A program made the translations under genes and the position numbers. Shown here piece after piece: positions 42,981 through 54,418 of a DNA stretch of 64,000 nt. Each line of letters starts with the position of its first letter. Position 1 is the stretch's first letter. Origin of the DNA: Hydrolagus colliei (Eukaryota); NCBI GenBank assembly GCA_035084275.1, contig CM068750.1:6634001-6698000 (forward strand). Direction: 5' to 3'. Below the pieces are notes generated by a model, which saw only the letters and a program-made list of their open reading frames with translations, had not been told where the DNA came from and made no database searches.

Positions 42981-43762
42981 AAATACAAGAAACCGAGTTA
43001 GAAACGCATATGGGTGGCAAGCTGTAGTCTTTATAAAATACCAATGGTTAGTGAAGCAAGCAGAGCAATAGTCAAGTTAGAAACATTGATACAACTTCAC
43101 TGAACGCAGGTTGGAAACAAATAATTTACTATGGTGATGAAAATCTTTGCCCTGAAATTGCACTTCTTCAAACCACTGTCTTATGATTTATTTCAGATAC
43201 AAGTCTCTTTCCTACTGCTTACAGTTCTCAAACAATTCACTAATACTCCCATTTGATATAATGGGTTTAATTGCATTTAAATAAATGACTGATAACTCTT
43301 CAAAGTCGTTTCTGTAAAAGTCACATCTGTTCAAACCTTGTTAAGTGCATCATGTGGAAGACAAAGTTAATAGGCTAAGGTAAGAATGCATAATTTTTTA
43401 GTGCATAGGAAAAGTGACCAATTTGCTTTGAAGAAATTGTTTTTCCAGTGAGTTACAAAAGCCACTTTTCAGTCAAGTCAATTACACGTAGGTACATCCG
43501 GCATTGGATTGTCCATGGTGAGACTATGCCACCCAGAGGGATACCAAGGAACATACAGGAAGGTAGCGTAGATAAGGAAGATGGGGAAGATAGGACACAT
43601 AAAAAGGTTCACAATGCAAATGGTTGAATCTGATGCATTGTTGATTTGCAACTAGTTAGAAAAAACATCAAATTATATCTACATAAACTTCTGCCAAGGT
43701 TTCAAGTTAAAAAATTGTTTTATTTATGCTATACAGGTATTTTTGTTGTCATGCGCCATATA

Positions 43763-44018
43763 TGTGGAGTCCTGTAGCTCAGTGGTTAGAGCACTTGCTT
43801 TACAAGCATGGGGCCTGTGTTCGAATCCAGGCAGGGCAAAACCTTGGGCAAGTTTTCATACTCCACACACCTAATAATAATCCCTCAATAACAAAATTGG
43901 CTGCGCATTTCGCCCACAAATATATAATCAATTCACGATAGTATATTCTGTGAAGTGCTTTGAGATGTCCAGAAGACATGAAAAGCACTATATCAAATGC
44001 AAGTATTATTTTTATTAT
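43763..44018 (+). mobile_element. tRNA-derived SINE with intact A/B boxes and an internal deletion
   Basis: A box TAGCTCAGTGG at 43775-43785 and B box GTTCGAATCC at 43819-43828. It lacks the catttcaatccacgactgtttgtgggac segment present in other copies. Confidence 0.9.
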
Positions 44019-44242
44019 ATAAACAAACTTTTTCAAAAAAATTATGAAACATATACCTTTTGAAAGCGATGAATAAATCTATTTATTAGTAAAAAAAATA
44101 GTAAAATATATTATTAATTAATGTCTTTAATCAAGGTCCTGTTTGTTTTGCTATGTTGTGTAAACCTGCAGAACTACAAAATCTCTCTACATTAACCAGG
44201 TGTATTATCATTTTTCAATTAGAGTACATTGTCTCAAGTTGG

Positions 44243-44595
44243 GTAACAACAACAAAATTATATTTGTATAATTTCACGTTCCAAGGCGCCGGACAGTCAA
44301 TGTTTCAGACCCGAGCTGGGATGGGAATTGACGATGGTGGAGGGAATAGAGGGCAATTGGGGTGACCGATGGGACGTCGAAGCGGAGGGTCTTGAGGTTG
44401 GACTTGAAGGAGGCCAGAAAGGGGGTGAGGCGGAGGGACTACGGGATGGAATTTCAGAAGTTAGGGACAGAGTGGCTGAAGATGCGCCCGCCGATGGGGT
44501 GGGTGGGTTGGGGAACATGGAACAGGCCGGAGCCTGCTGAGCTGAGGGATTGGGCAGGTTGGTTGGGGTTTTGGAGGTCAGAGAGGTAGCAAGCA
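44243..44595 (-). mobile_element. L2-clade LINE 3' end
   Basis: (caa)n tail, then gggtcttgaggttggacttgaaggaggc...gtgaggcggaggga...ggagcctgctgag, homologous to the reverse complement of 27015-27325. Confidence 0.85.
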
Positions 44596-44852
44596 TTAAT
44601 GAGGAGAATTTGGGACTAAAAGACTAAAATGTTAATAATTTTATAATGCCCTTAAACTGAGGCTATATCTGAAATCTAACGCGGGGGGTGTTTTTGAGTT
44701 AACAGCATTGCTCGTTGTGTGAGTTCAGTCAATCCAAGTCGATTCAGTCGTTTAAGAACCTATTCTCCTGCTATATTGGAAAAGGTCTGAAATGTCTTCC
44801 AATATGAAAGTAAATGACTGAAAGCACTGTACATCTTGTCTTATTTTGAGAT

Positions 44853-44930
44853 TATATTCTGCGAAGTGCTTTGAGACGTCTAGAAGATGTGAAAAGCACT
44901 ACATTAAACGCAAGGATTATTATTATTATG
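44853..44930 (+). mobile_element. SINE 3' tail
   Basis: tattctgcgaagtgctttgagacgtctagaagatgtgaaaagcactac...aaggattattattatt. Confidence 0.82.
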
Positions 44931-45368
44931 ATGTCAGGCACTAAAGCAGGCCCCTCATTGTGCTGTGACCTAGATTATTACCCATCTTTTCTCATTAAGT
45001 TTTTATTTATTTTTAATTTAGTAAATGGAAGAAAATCCCAGGTTGCATATGTCACTCTGAATAAAACTCTACTGTGTAGAGCAGAGATGGATCCTAACCA
45101 CAGTATAGCTACAAGAGCTTAATCTTCCATTTTGTTCAGTCATACATAACATTATTAATCTAGTTTCCCTGCTGTTCCTATTGCCTCAGCAACGTCACTT
45201 CTGACGTATTTCTCTGGCTTTCTTTTAAACACCTTCATTGATTCTGAATGTATAAGTGATCTATTGACATTGCGTTCTTCATTGTCACGTGATAGCATTT
45301 GACACCAATTCAAGGCGAAAAAGTGTCTGTTGAGGCTGAGTGTTGCATTCAAATTATAGCATTAAAAG

Positions 45369-45500
45369 ACAACAACAACAACAATTTAAACTTATAAAGC
45401 GCTTTTCACGTCGGGAGGACGTCCCAAGGCGCTGCACAGGAGGCGTGTGACCCGAGCTGGGAGGGGAGTGTTCGGGAAGGGGTGAAACACGTAGGGGAGG
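45369..45500 (-). mobile_element. L2-type LINE 3' end
   Basis: (caa)n...agcgcttttcacgtcgggaggacgtcccaaggcgct...gacccgagctggga; the last motif is shared with 44308. Confidence 0.8.
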
Positions 45501-46758
45501 TCGACAAGTTGCGATGGCAATCAACCAGATGAGGGGTGTTAGTTAATGTTATCATTGGGATGTTGTGTGGAAACTTGTTTTGCCTCCTCCCTGAAATATT
45601 TGAAAACAATTTTATCCAACTGCTCGGTGTATTTGTAAATCAAAGAAGAAAAGTTTGCCAATGTTTCTTGAAGACCTGTGGTATCTGCAACTAAACACAG
45701 TAACTAAGCTTTACTTGGCTTCAGTTCAGATACAACAGGGTATTGTCACGTTGCTGTGTGAGTGTATACAAATGTATTAATGAGTACATGTGGGAATAGT
45801 TGTCAAGATTCATTTGCTTATTGTGTATCCTTTAGGTGAGATGAGATGTATTCAACAGACCTAATGTGGTTAGCAGCTGTTGGGAACTGCACCATGTGGA
45901 AATACCTCACAAAACACCATGTAATCTTGGATAAAATAATGAAATCTTTGTACTTGACATTGCCAAAGTACTTAAGAATACCAGTATATCAAAGTGGTAT
46001 ACAATATTATATATTGCAACAATCTATATAGACTTCCATCTACAGCAATAGACTCTTTTCCAGTGTGTTCCATTGTTCCAGCAAAACATTTGCTCATATC
46101 CCTCTGGTGAATTTAACAAAAATCAATGTATTTTCAAGACAAAATGTATCTACACTGGCTAATATTAATCCAGCATCATCCTCTAGAAAATATAACTTTG
46201 GAATTCATGCACAGATTACATTTTGCCAAAATGAAATGCTTACATTGATTTCTGGTTCTTGTGCTATTCTCTTGATTTCCAAAAACTGATTCCAATATAC
46301 AACAACTAAAACGGAATATATTGGGTAATAAATGGCTCAAACTTTGTGAATGAGTGGTGGATTATATTGGGTTAAAATGTAGTTCGAGTCGTAAGGAATA
46401 TTCAGGACTGTTCAGATACCAGTGATGGAGAAGGGAGGGTATTAGGGCAAAGGTGGGTGTGACTATGCGTTCCGATGTAAACAAGAAGAGCAGTCCAGTC
46501 GAGGTGTGGGTAAATTAGAAGCCAAAGTGAAAAATACTTGACGTTTGGCCTCTGTCCACCTATTCTCACTCCCCTCCCATACTGCAAGGAGCATCAAAAG
46601 CAGAGCTGCAGTGAAGCTTTTAGATGTAAAAGGGTAGAGAAGGGTAGAGGAGACAGGAGAGGAGACAGGAGTTTTCAATTAAGAGTTTTCAATATTTTTG
46701 TATACAGTATTAGTGTTATGATATTGAAGCCATTGGTGTGAAGATTTATCACACCATA

Positions 46759-46936
46759 CAGTAAACCTCACATTAGTTGTATTAATTGGGATGTGTTGTA
46801 TTAATTTAATATGACATGTGAAAAGTATGAGTTATGTGAAATGTATTAATAATAGGAAATTCAATGGGCCGTGGGCAGATGTATGACTTGGATGATGATA
46901 TGATATATACCGATTAGACACGTACGAGTTTTACTA
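46759..46936. mobile_element. Possible degenerate Tigger-like MITE
   Basis: ta|CAGTAAACCTC at the left and GAGTTTTACTA|ta at the right form imperfect terminal inverted repeats with TA flanks. Confidence 0.4.
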
Positions 46937-48570
46937 TAATTACTATTTAAGCTTTGTGAATTAGAAAATTACTAGCCCATAGGATTTATTTCTCAGGACT
47001 AAGATTTAAGTTGTGAGGATAAACTCACAGACTAGGATAGGTTTTCAATGATGAAAAAGCAAAAGAAGGCACAATGGTGGAGAATTTCCACCTCGGTGTA
47101 GATTTACTCTATGTATTTATTTTAGGAGTATTCTGAATTGAAAGATTGTTGAATTCAGTCTCAGCTTTGAAGCTTTTTTTCCATATTTCTTTAAAGCATT
47201 TACAGAAAACCAACGTCAAACGTCTAACTGTATTGAAGAATTTGTCAAAATCTGGATGCTCTGAAGTACAGTACTGCATAATAAATAGAGTAAAGCTAGA
47301 TCAAGATAGAATTTCTCCCCAGAGGTATGTTTAGTCTTTAGGGTCCTTAAAATGCTGAAAGATATAGATTGTAGAGATGTAAATATGATAGCTATAGATG
47401 TAAACGATTAACTGTTCTATCATTTATTATCAGTGGAATGTAACTCGCTGGTTTTATGTAATGCGGGTTGTGATGTTGAATTGATATCTTGCAGGTTTGA
47501 GATCTTTATCATACAAGAAATTTTGCCTGTAGTTTTTAAATCATCCAGTACATAAATCAATTGGATAGAGAGTTGGTTGCATTGTCTATGATAATTCATA
47601 GAGGATTGTACACATAATCAATTGAAAGGAAGGAATGGGATGTGGCTTGTTCAACCCACAATAAGTCACAGATATGGGACTCACTGGAAGCTGATACAAG
47701 TACAGTGTCTTGAAAACAATGGCTTTATGACTTCTTCATTTTGATTTGCTTCCAAACTGGATGTTAATCTTTTTCAATGGTACAACATCGTATTTTTGGT
47801 ACAATTGCCCCTGAAAAAAGAAATTCATCGTTAGCGGTAATGCAGTTTAACCATCTTAAGTATCAGGAAATGATTCACTTAACCTGAATAAGATGAGCTC
47901 AGTGTTGGTTCTGCTGTCAACAGCTAATGGAAAATTGAGTCAAAGAAAGAAAAATAATTAAGAGGCCATGCTTCAGGTGGGCACTAGGAGAATATGTCAT
48001 AAAACAGCACCAATGCCACTATTCTTTTACCAACTCTTTGTGGATCGTAGACAGCCACTGTGGACACAGCTAGTGTTAGAAAAGGAAAGTTCATAATAAG
48101 TTGGCTCTCTATTTGTCATTTTCGGGAAACCTCTGAGCATTGATAAGGTTACTGGTGACTTTCTGTGTCAAGAGGCAGCCCTTGACCTCCCAGTGAGGAG
48201 TGCTGACCCTGTGCCACAGGGTGAATTTCAGGTGGGAGCTGCCGTGTGCCACAAGCGATCGTGCCAAGGTCCTCCACCACCACGAGCTATTGCTGACCAA
48301 TCCACTAATATCCCTTTGCCCATTATTATGACACTCTTTATTGTTCACACACTGCCTCAGGGCTCTCGTGTCTCTTGCTCCTCTCCCTCTCCTGTTCAAG
48401 TCTATCCATCCCTGCTTCATTCTTAATCCTTCTAAGGAGGAAGAAAGTCTTGGGCTGGTCTGGGAGCGGAGCTCAACTGTCCACAAGAATTGAACAGGGG
48501 AACTCTTGTCACTGAAGCTTTCACTGATAGACAGGCTACCAATTGCGTTGTAGCTTGTCTCAGATCTGCC

Positions 48571-48790
48571 CATAGAATCATAGAATCATAGAATCATAGA
48601 ATTTTACGGAACAAAAGGACGCCATTCAGCCCATCTAGTCTGTGCCGGCTCTTTGAAAAGAGCAACTCAATCCCACTGCCTCCCCATAACCTAATAGACC
48701 TATTCTCACTAAATAAAGATCTAATTCTCTTTTAAAAGCTGTTATCGAATCGGCCTCCACCATCTTTTCAGGCAATGCATTCCAGCCAAT
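48571..48790 (-). mobile_element. CR1-clade LINE 3' end with (TTCTATGA)n tail
   Basis: Three to four copies of catagaat. The minus frame reads WNALPEKMVEADSITAFKRELDLYL, the CR1 ORF2 C-terminus. Confidence 0.9.
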
Positions 48791-49269
48791 GTGTCCAGAG
48801 TAGGGAAGTGCCACCAATTTTGAACGGGGACTGCCTGCTGCTTTATTTTAATGCAGTGTATCCATGTGATCCCTCTCGGCTAAGCCGCTCAGCTCATCCG
48901 TGACTTCCCAATCAGTTGGTTGGTCTTGTGCCAATAACAAAGATCCATTGAAATCTATAACACAGTAGGAGGCCATTCAACTTGTTACATCAGTGGCGGG
49001 ATTCAGTGACGGCAGATATTCTATTCCCAATTCCCTGCCCTTTCCCTGTACCTGTCAACACCCTTGAAAAATTAAAGATGGTTATTTTATTGCTACAAAG
49101 AATGGTCTTACCCCATGTGAATGGCGCGATATAAATGCAAGTTGCTGTCTTAAGAGTAAAAGCAGGCGTCCTAGTGAAAAAAAACACGAGTAGTAACTCT
49201 CTATTGATTGCTGGATTTCACTTGGTCACACTGCGTAATATAATTACCATCACTGGAGTAGACGTGACT

Positions 49270-49432
49270 AAAATGAGTCAGGGTTCCTGTTTCTTATTGT
49301 TATCCAGTGATCCCTGCTGGACTTAGTATGTGTTGGATACTGGGCGAGCACAGGATCAGGCTCAGTGGTGATGCCCTCCTGTGGTTGAATAGCCTTGTTG
49401 GCTCAATGCAAAATACTCGCACATGAATAAAG
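49270..49432 (+). repeat. Ancient interspersed repeat fragment (unnamed SINE-like family)
   Basis: cagggttcctg...tatccagtgatccctgctgg...caggatcaggctcagtggtgatgccctcc; homologous copy at 42875 (-) and a likely downstream part at 58480-58550 (-). Confidence 0.6.
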
Positions 49433-50494
49433 ATAGATCCGATCCAGCAGGAGGCATGACCCACAGTAGAGAAGGGGAGAGAGAAAGATTGCAATCTAGA
49501 CAGTTGTAGCAGAAACAGTTGAAGTCGCACAATTATATACATGTGATGAACAAAAGGTTGAAAAATGGTTGAGGCAATGAATAATTTTGAAATTGAAATC
49601 ATACTTGTAATACAATGAATCCTGATAACTTGAGCCTGGTTTTTACTCATCACCACCATTTAAGTCATCGGGTTACCAATATCCCGGCCACGTTTAATTG
49701 TCTATTTGTACATATGCCTAACTGTCTCTGGATAACTTGTCAATGAAGCATTTTCCTTTGGAGGGTTAAACAGTCCGTAGAATATTGTAATTACAGGAAT
49801 GACTTCAGAAAAGCAGATTAATGGACACCTGAAAAATCGACAATTTTAGTCCTTCTTATTCAGTACATTGCTGGCAAAGCTGATGCTTTATTTCTATTCA
49901 AGTGGATTATACAGGTAAATGGCTGGAGCAGGAAGAAGGGGGCAAGCAGAAACCCATACAAAAATCCTCTATTATCATGTACTAAGACACGATAATGAAT
50001 TAAGTATCCAAAAAAAAAGGGAAATTCTATTCAGCGAAAAGTCTGGCAAGATTGTGCCTTTTTGACTACCCGTCATGCCTTGGCCTTCCCTTACGTACAA
50101 ATCCATAACTCAGAGTGCAGGCAAAGGGAATGAAATATCTTATTGAGGAGGATTAGTGTTTGATTCCTGTCTCCCCTCTCTGCTGAGCTAAGGCAGAATT
50201 GCTGCATTTACATAAACAACACAGGAAATCAGTCATTCACAGTTGCCATGGCAGCAATGGGGAAATCCATTTTATTACAGTCCACTGTGCCCTCACAGGA
50301 ACATTGCAAAAAAAAACCTTTTGTTATATTAGATTCTGTGCAAATAGAGGAGGGGGACACAGGTCTACTCTTGCTTTTAAATGTGGCAGCATTTGCTGTT
50401 CATGCTGGCTATAGCTGCCCTGATCAAGGAAACATCCCCTTCTTCCCCACAACAGCTGGGAGGAATAAAGTCACACACAATCTTTACGTTAATG

Positions 50495-50985
50495 TTTGGA
50501 GAAGGGGCGGGGGGGAGCATGTTCTCTGAATTTATTTTTAATCTTTTGGTTTAACATGTCAGACAGGATAAGATTGAACTCCCTGATTGCTTCTGAATGT
50601 TGAATGTTTTGGGTGAGCAAGTTGTTAGCTCAAGAGCACTGCTGGTGAAGCAAGTCAGGGTATCTCTCTAGTGGGGGAGGGTGCCACAGAAAAAGAATCT
50701 GCCCAAGGCAACGTTAGAGAGGAAAGGGGGAATAAGACATTGGGGGAGGGTGGGGAGTGAAAGACTCAGAGTAGAGGAAGTTACAACAGCGAGAAAGAGG
50801 AGGAAGTGGGAGAGCTGCTGTTTCCTGTAGACAGAATGATGATTGAAGACAAAGCTGGGTGTGGACTCATCTGTCAGGGCTGCCGCTTGTACATCTGCTA
50901 AGCTTGGAATCTCCTTCACATTTAACCTGCTTTCAAGAAGAGAAGAGTGAATTTCTGTCCTTTCAGTCCACTGCACAAGGTAAAT
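50495..50985 (+). promoter_or_regulatory. Candidate promoter/first-exon region of a downstream gene
   Basis: GC box GGGGCGGGG near 50504, two purine-flanked ETS/PU.1-type GAGGAAGT motifs near 50774 and 50800, and a donor-like AAG|gtaaat at 50979/50980. Motif evidence only. Confidence 0.3.
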
Positions 50986-53670
50986 TTGCCCTTTTCTCCT
51001 CCTATTTTTCATCTTACAGAGAAAAAAATAATGATGAGTGTGGGTTTTCTTGTGCCCAAAACACACTTGGTGAATCAGTCAGTGCTGTTATGGGGGTATT
51101 ATAATATGGCAAAGGATATGTACCTGGTATTTATTCATTCATCCATCAGAACATGTTTATGTGAACATTAACATGTTCAGATTGCACTGTCGGGTGTTGA
51201 TCGCCACCTTTTATGGGATGGTTGTGTTTTTGTTCATCAGAAAGCTGGTGGGAGATGCGATAGTGTCTTTTGACAATCAGCAGGCTTACCTAGAATGGGG
51301 AGGGTAAAATACCATGTCACCTCAATTAATGTTGTTTAGATCGGCAGTGTTTACAGTTGTGCCAAATCCTTTGTTCGGTTTTAAATAAAGAGCCCTTAAA
51401 AAAACACAACACTGTTAATGGGCTTCAACGAGCTATTTTTTTTCCTCTTGATAGCCACAGTAGCCACAAACAAACCTGGGTGGGTGACTTAAGCTGTGGG
51501 AAAATAAATCATACTCACATTCTTGCAGAATTCATTGGGGGTTTTTTTGTAAAAAAAATGTTTGTAAAAGTTTTGCTAAATCAATTAAAGAAACGAATAC
51601 CGACGCAATAGCTTTGAATGAATGTACAACATAGCACTACATAGCATTTTAAAAAATGGATATCTCTATCTTAAGCTGTTGAGACGACTACAAGAGAACA
51701 GGACAGAATCAGCAGCTAAACATCAAGGTGGTGATTTTAAAAATAAATACATTGTAAGAAGATGTGTGCAGAGCAATCCATCAGACAGATTATTGCCATT
51801 AATAGCATTTAATTGGTAATTGTCAATGTTATTTTTGAATGTTGTGTTGTCACATGATTTAGTTACAGAATGGTACCTCCATTTTACTGGAGAAAATGTT
51901 AAGAAGGAATTTGTGAATGAGACCATTTTTTTAAAAAAAATTCAAATTAAGCTTTATCTTGAGCTCCCTACAGTTTTTGATATAGAATAGCGAGATCAGA
52001 TCACCTGCCAGGGTATTCACATCCAATCACAATGGTGTATCTTCATAGAGTATGGATCAGTTGTATTGCACATCTAGTAATGTTGCATCTTGCCAAAGCA
52101 AATCTTTTCAGCCAAACACTTAAGTACTGTATTGCAAGATAAAAACAGTGCTGAACATCGTATGAAACCAGACCTGCTTTCTGTGCATTCATTCACAAGT
52201 TACATTAATTGTTGGGCAATTTGCGGTTTCATTAATCAATTCTATACCTGGCTTAATATGCCCAGGGGGAATGTAAGTGTCACACAATTGGGAAATTCTA
52301 CACAGCAGTCTCTGAAAGCTCACATCCCTATGAGCTTTCTGTCTGCCCCTCCCAACCAAAGAGCCAGAACTGTTATGCTCTCAGCCACAGCAATGCAGAC
52401 AATTGCAAGTCAAATTTCAGCTTGGCCTAAACGTTACCTGCTAATATATCAAACGGTTATGTGAAAACATTACTGGAATCCAATAAGCGGTTAATTTCAA
52501 TTTCATTTGTGTTGGGCAGTAAGTTTTGACTGCTGTCAATGGTTATTTTTCTTGCACACAGAAATATTAATAGGATTAGATTAGTGATATTCAACACTGA
52601 GCATTGATTTAATCTTTTGTGCCATACTTGCCTGATTTACGAATCTGCAGTATTAATTATAATGTAGCGTGCTCAGTTGAAACAGCTTATTGTAATAGAT
52701 GTGGAATACAGTGTTTCATTATCACAGAGACTCAGTTTGCCAGAGGTACCAATTGCAAAGGCCCACAACAATAGACCTCAGTTGGCAACAATGGGTCATT
52801 TTGTATTGATAAATAAATCAACAGCAGCTGCTCGGGTAACAGTTGAAGTGATCACAATAGTCCATTTAGAGAAGGAGTGATGATGTAGTGTAGTATATGT
52901 GCATTGGGTGATGTGCAGAGACTGGCAGAGACAGGAGAAATCAGCACCAATGTTACTCATTCCTGCATTGCCAGTATTCTTGATTGTAATATTTAGTGGC
53001 AAGCTGGTTTGTGGACATGGCAGGGCATAGGAGAGATCGACTACCATATTATACAGCATTGTTGTGCACACATCAAAACCCATTTTTGAACCCATTATGA
53101 TTTGAACAAAAAGGACCATTTTACCTGGATGAAGACACCTCTGTGCCACAAATACATACCTACAGTGACACAATGACGAATATTGCCCGTTAATGAATTA
53201 CTATATGTGTAAGAACTGCATAATAGACTGAAAGTCTGCAAGTAAACAGCTGTTTATGACATAAAGCTAATGAATGGCAACTCTGTGAAATACTGTTAGG
53301 TATGTTTTCTTCTTTTGTATTCCAAAAGTTTCATGAATTGCTGTTAATGTGCTTAATGGACTGTTAACTTGTGATCCACTCAGAAAGGCAGGCCTATTTA
53401 TTTTACAACACACTGACGGGAAACTAGAACAGTTTTCAATCTGCAGCTTTATCTTTTATTCCAAGGTTGACTCATCTGCATGAAAAGTGCCTGACCTTTT
53501 TTGCATGACAAATGTCATGGTTAATGTGGTATTCTACAATTCATGATATTACTGATATATTAAGATATAGTTTTAATGATCTGGGTGTCAAGAAAATCGA
53601 AATGTTGGATGCCAGTACTGTGATTTCACAGTCACTGTGTCTATGAAGATTTGTGCAAATTCTCTACTTT

Positions 53671-53830
53671 TCTACGACTGTTTGTGGGACACTGCTGCAC
53701 ACAATTGGCTGCTGGGTTTTGCCCACAAAACATACAGTCAATTCACGTCACAGTATATTCTGTGAAGTGCTTTGAGACATCTAGAAGACATGAAAAATGC
53801 TATATCAAAAGCAAGGATCATTATTATTAT
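53671..53830 (+). mobile_element. SINE 3' half
   Basis: acgactgtttgtgggacactgc...gtgaagtgctttgagacatctagaagacatgaaa...ggatcattattatt. Confidence 0.88.
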
Positions 53831-54297
53831 TTGAGGAAGTGTAAATTCAGTTTTATTGTGTTGTCTCTGCATTAAATTAAATCTACTGCAATCAGTTGAA
53901 GGACTTGCTGAAAAGGTTTCTAACATTTGCGGTTGCTCTACAGAAACTTGCATATATGAGAGAGAAGGGAATAGAGGGTATTGTGGTTGGAAAGGCAAGG
54001 GAGAAGAGATTAGGAGGGGTGCAAGATTATGTGGAGTAAAAACTCTTAGACTAGTTGGAATAAGTTACATTTTTTCTGGAACTTTTTGATTCTATTTAAA
54101 CTACTCAAAGACAATCTGAGGAAATCTGTTAGGGAAAATCTTAACACTCATTACTAAATACCCATCTGTTATTGCTTCATCACTGAACTGAATGCTCTGA
54201 ATATGATGAATACAAATATGATTTCTGAGGCAATATTCTTTTTTTTATAACAGTTCATGCTTGCCCAAATCCAATGCATCTTTTACTTAATCTGCTT

Positions 54298-54418
54298 TAA
54301 TAATAACATTCCTTGCATTTCATATAGTGCATTACCAAGATGTTGAGACTTTTCGAAGCGCTGCACATGATACTGGATATCGTAAAGTGAATTGACTGTA
54401 TATTTTGTGGGTGAAACA
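54298..54418 (-). mobile_element. SINE 3' fragment
   Basis: taataataac..tccttgcatttcatatagtgc...gtaaagtgaattgactgtatattttgtgggtgaaac. Confidence 0.8.

Noticed and set aside
46420-46680. Possible L2 ORF2 fragment (TPRLDCSSCL resembling TSRLDYCNSLL)
   Set aside because: The match is too short and degenerate to support.
48109-48573. Longest ORF in the track (154 aa, - strand)
   Set aside because: No recognisable domain or splice context. It begins at a CR1 tail, and an ORF of this length is compatible with chance in 64 kb.
48571-48600. (catagaat)n repeat and recurring SINE tails as a CRISPR-like array
   Set aside because: The octamer is the standard CR1 3' tail. The other repeats are dispersed with no regular repeat-spacer structure, and the DNA is eukaryotic.
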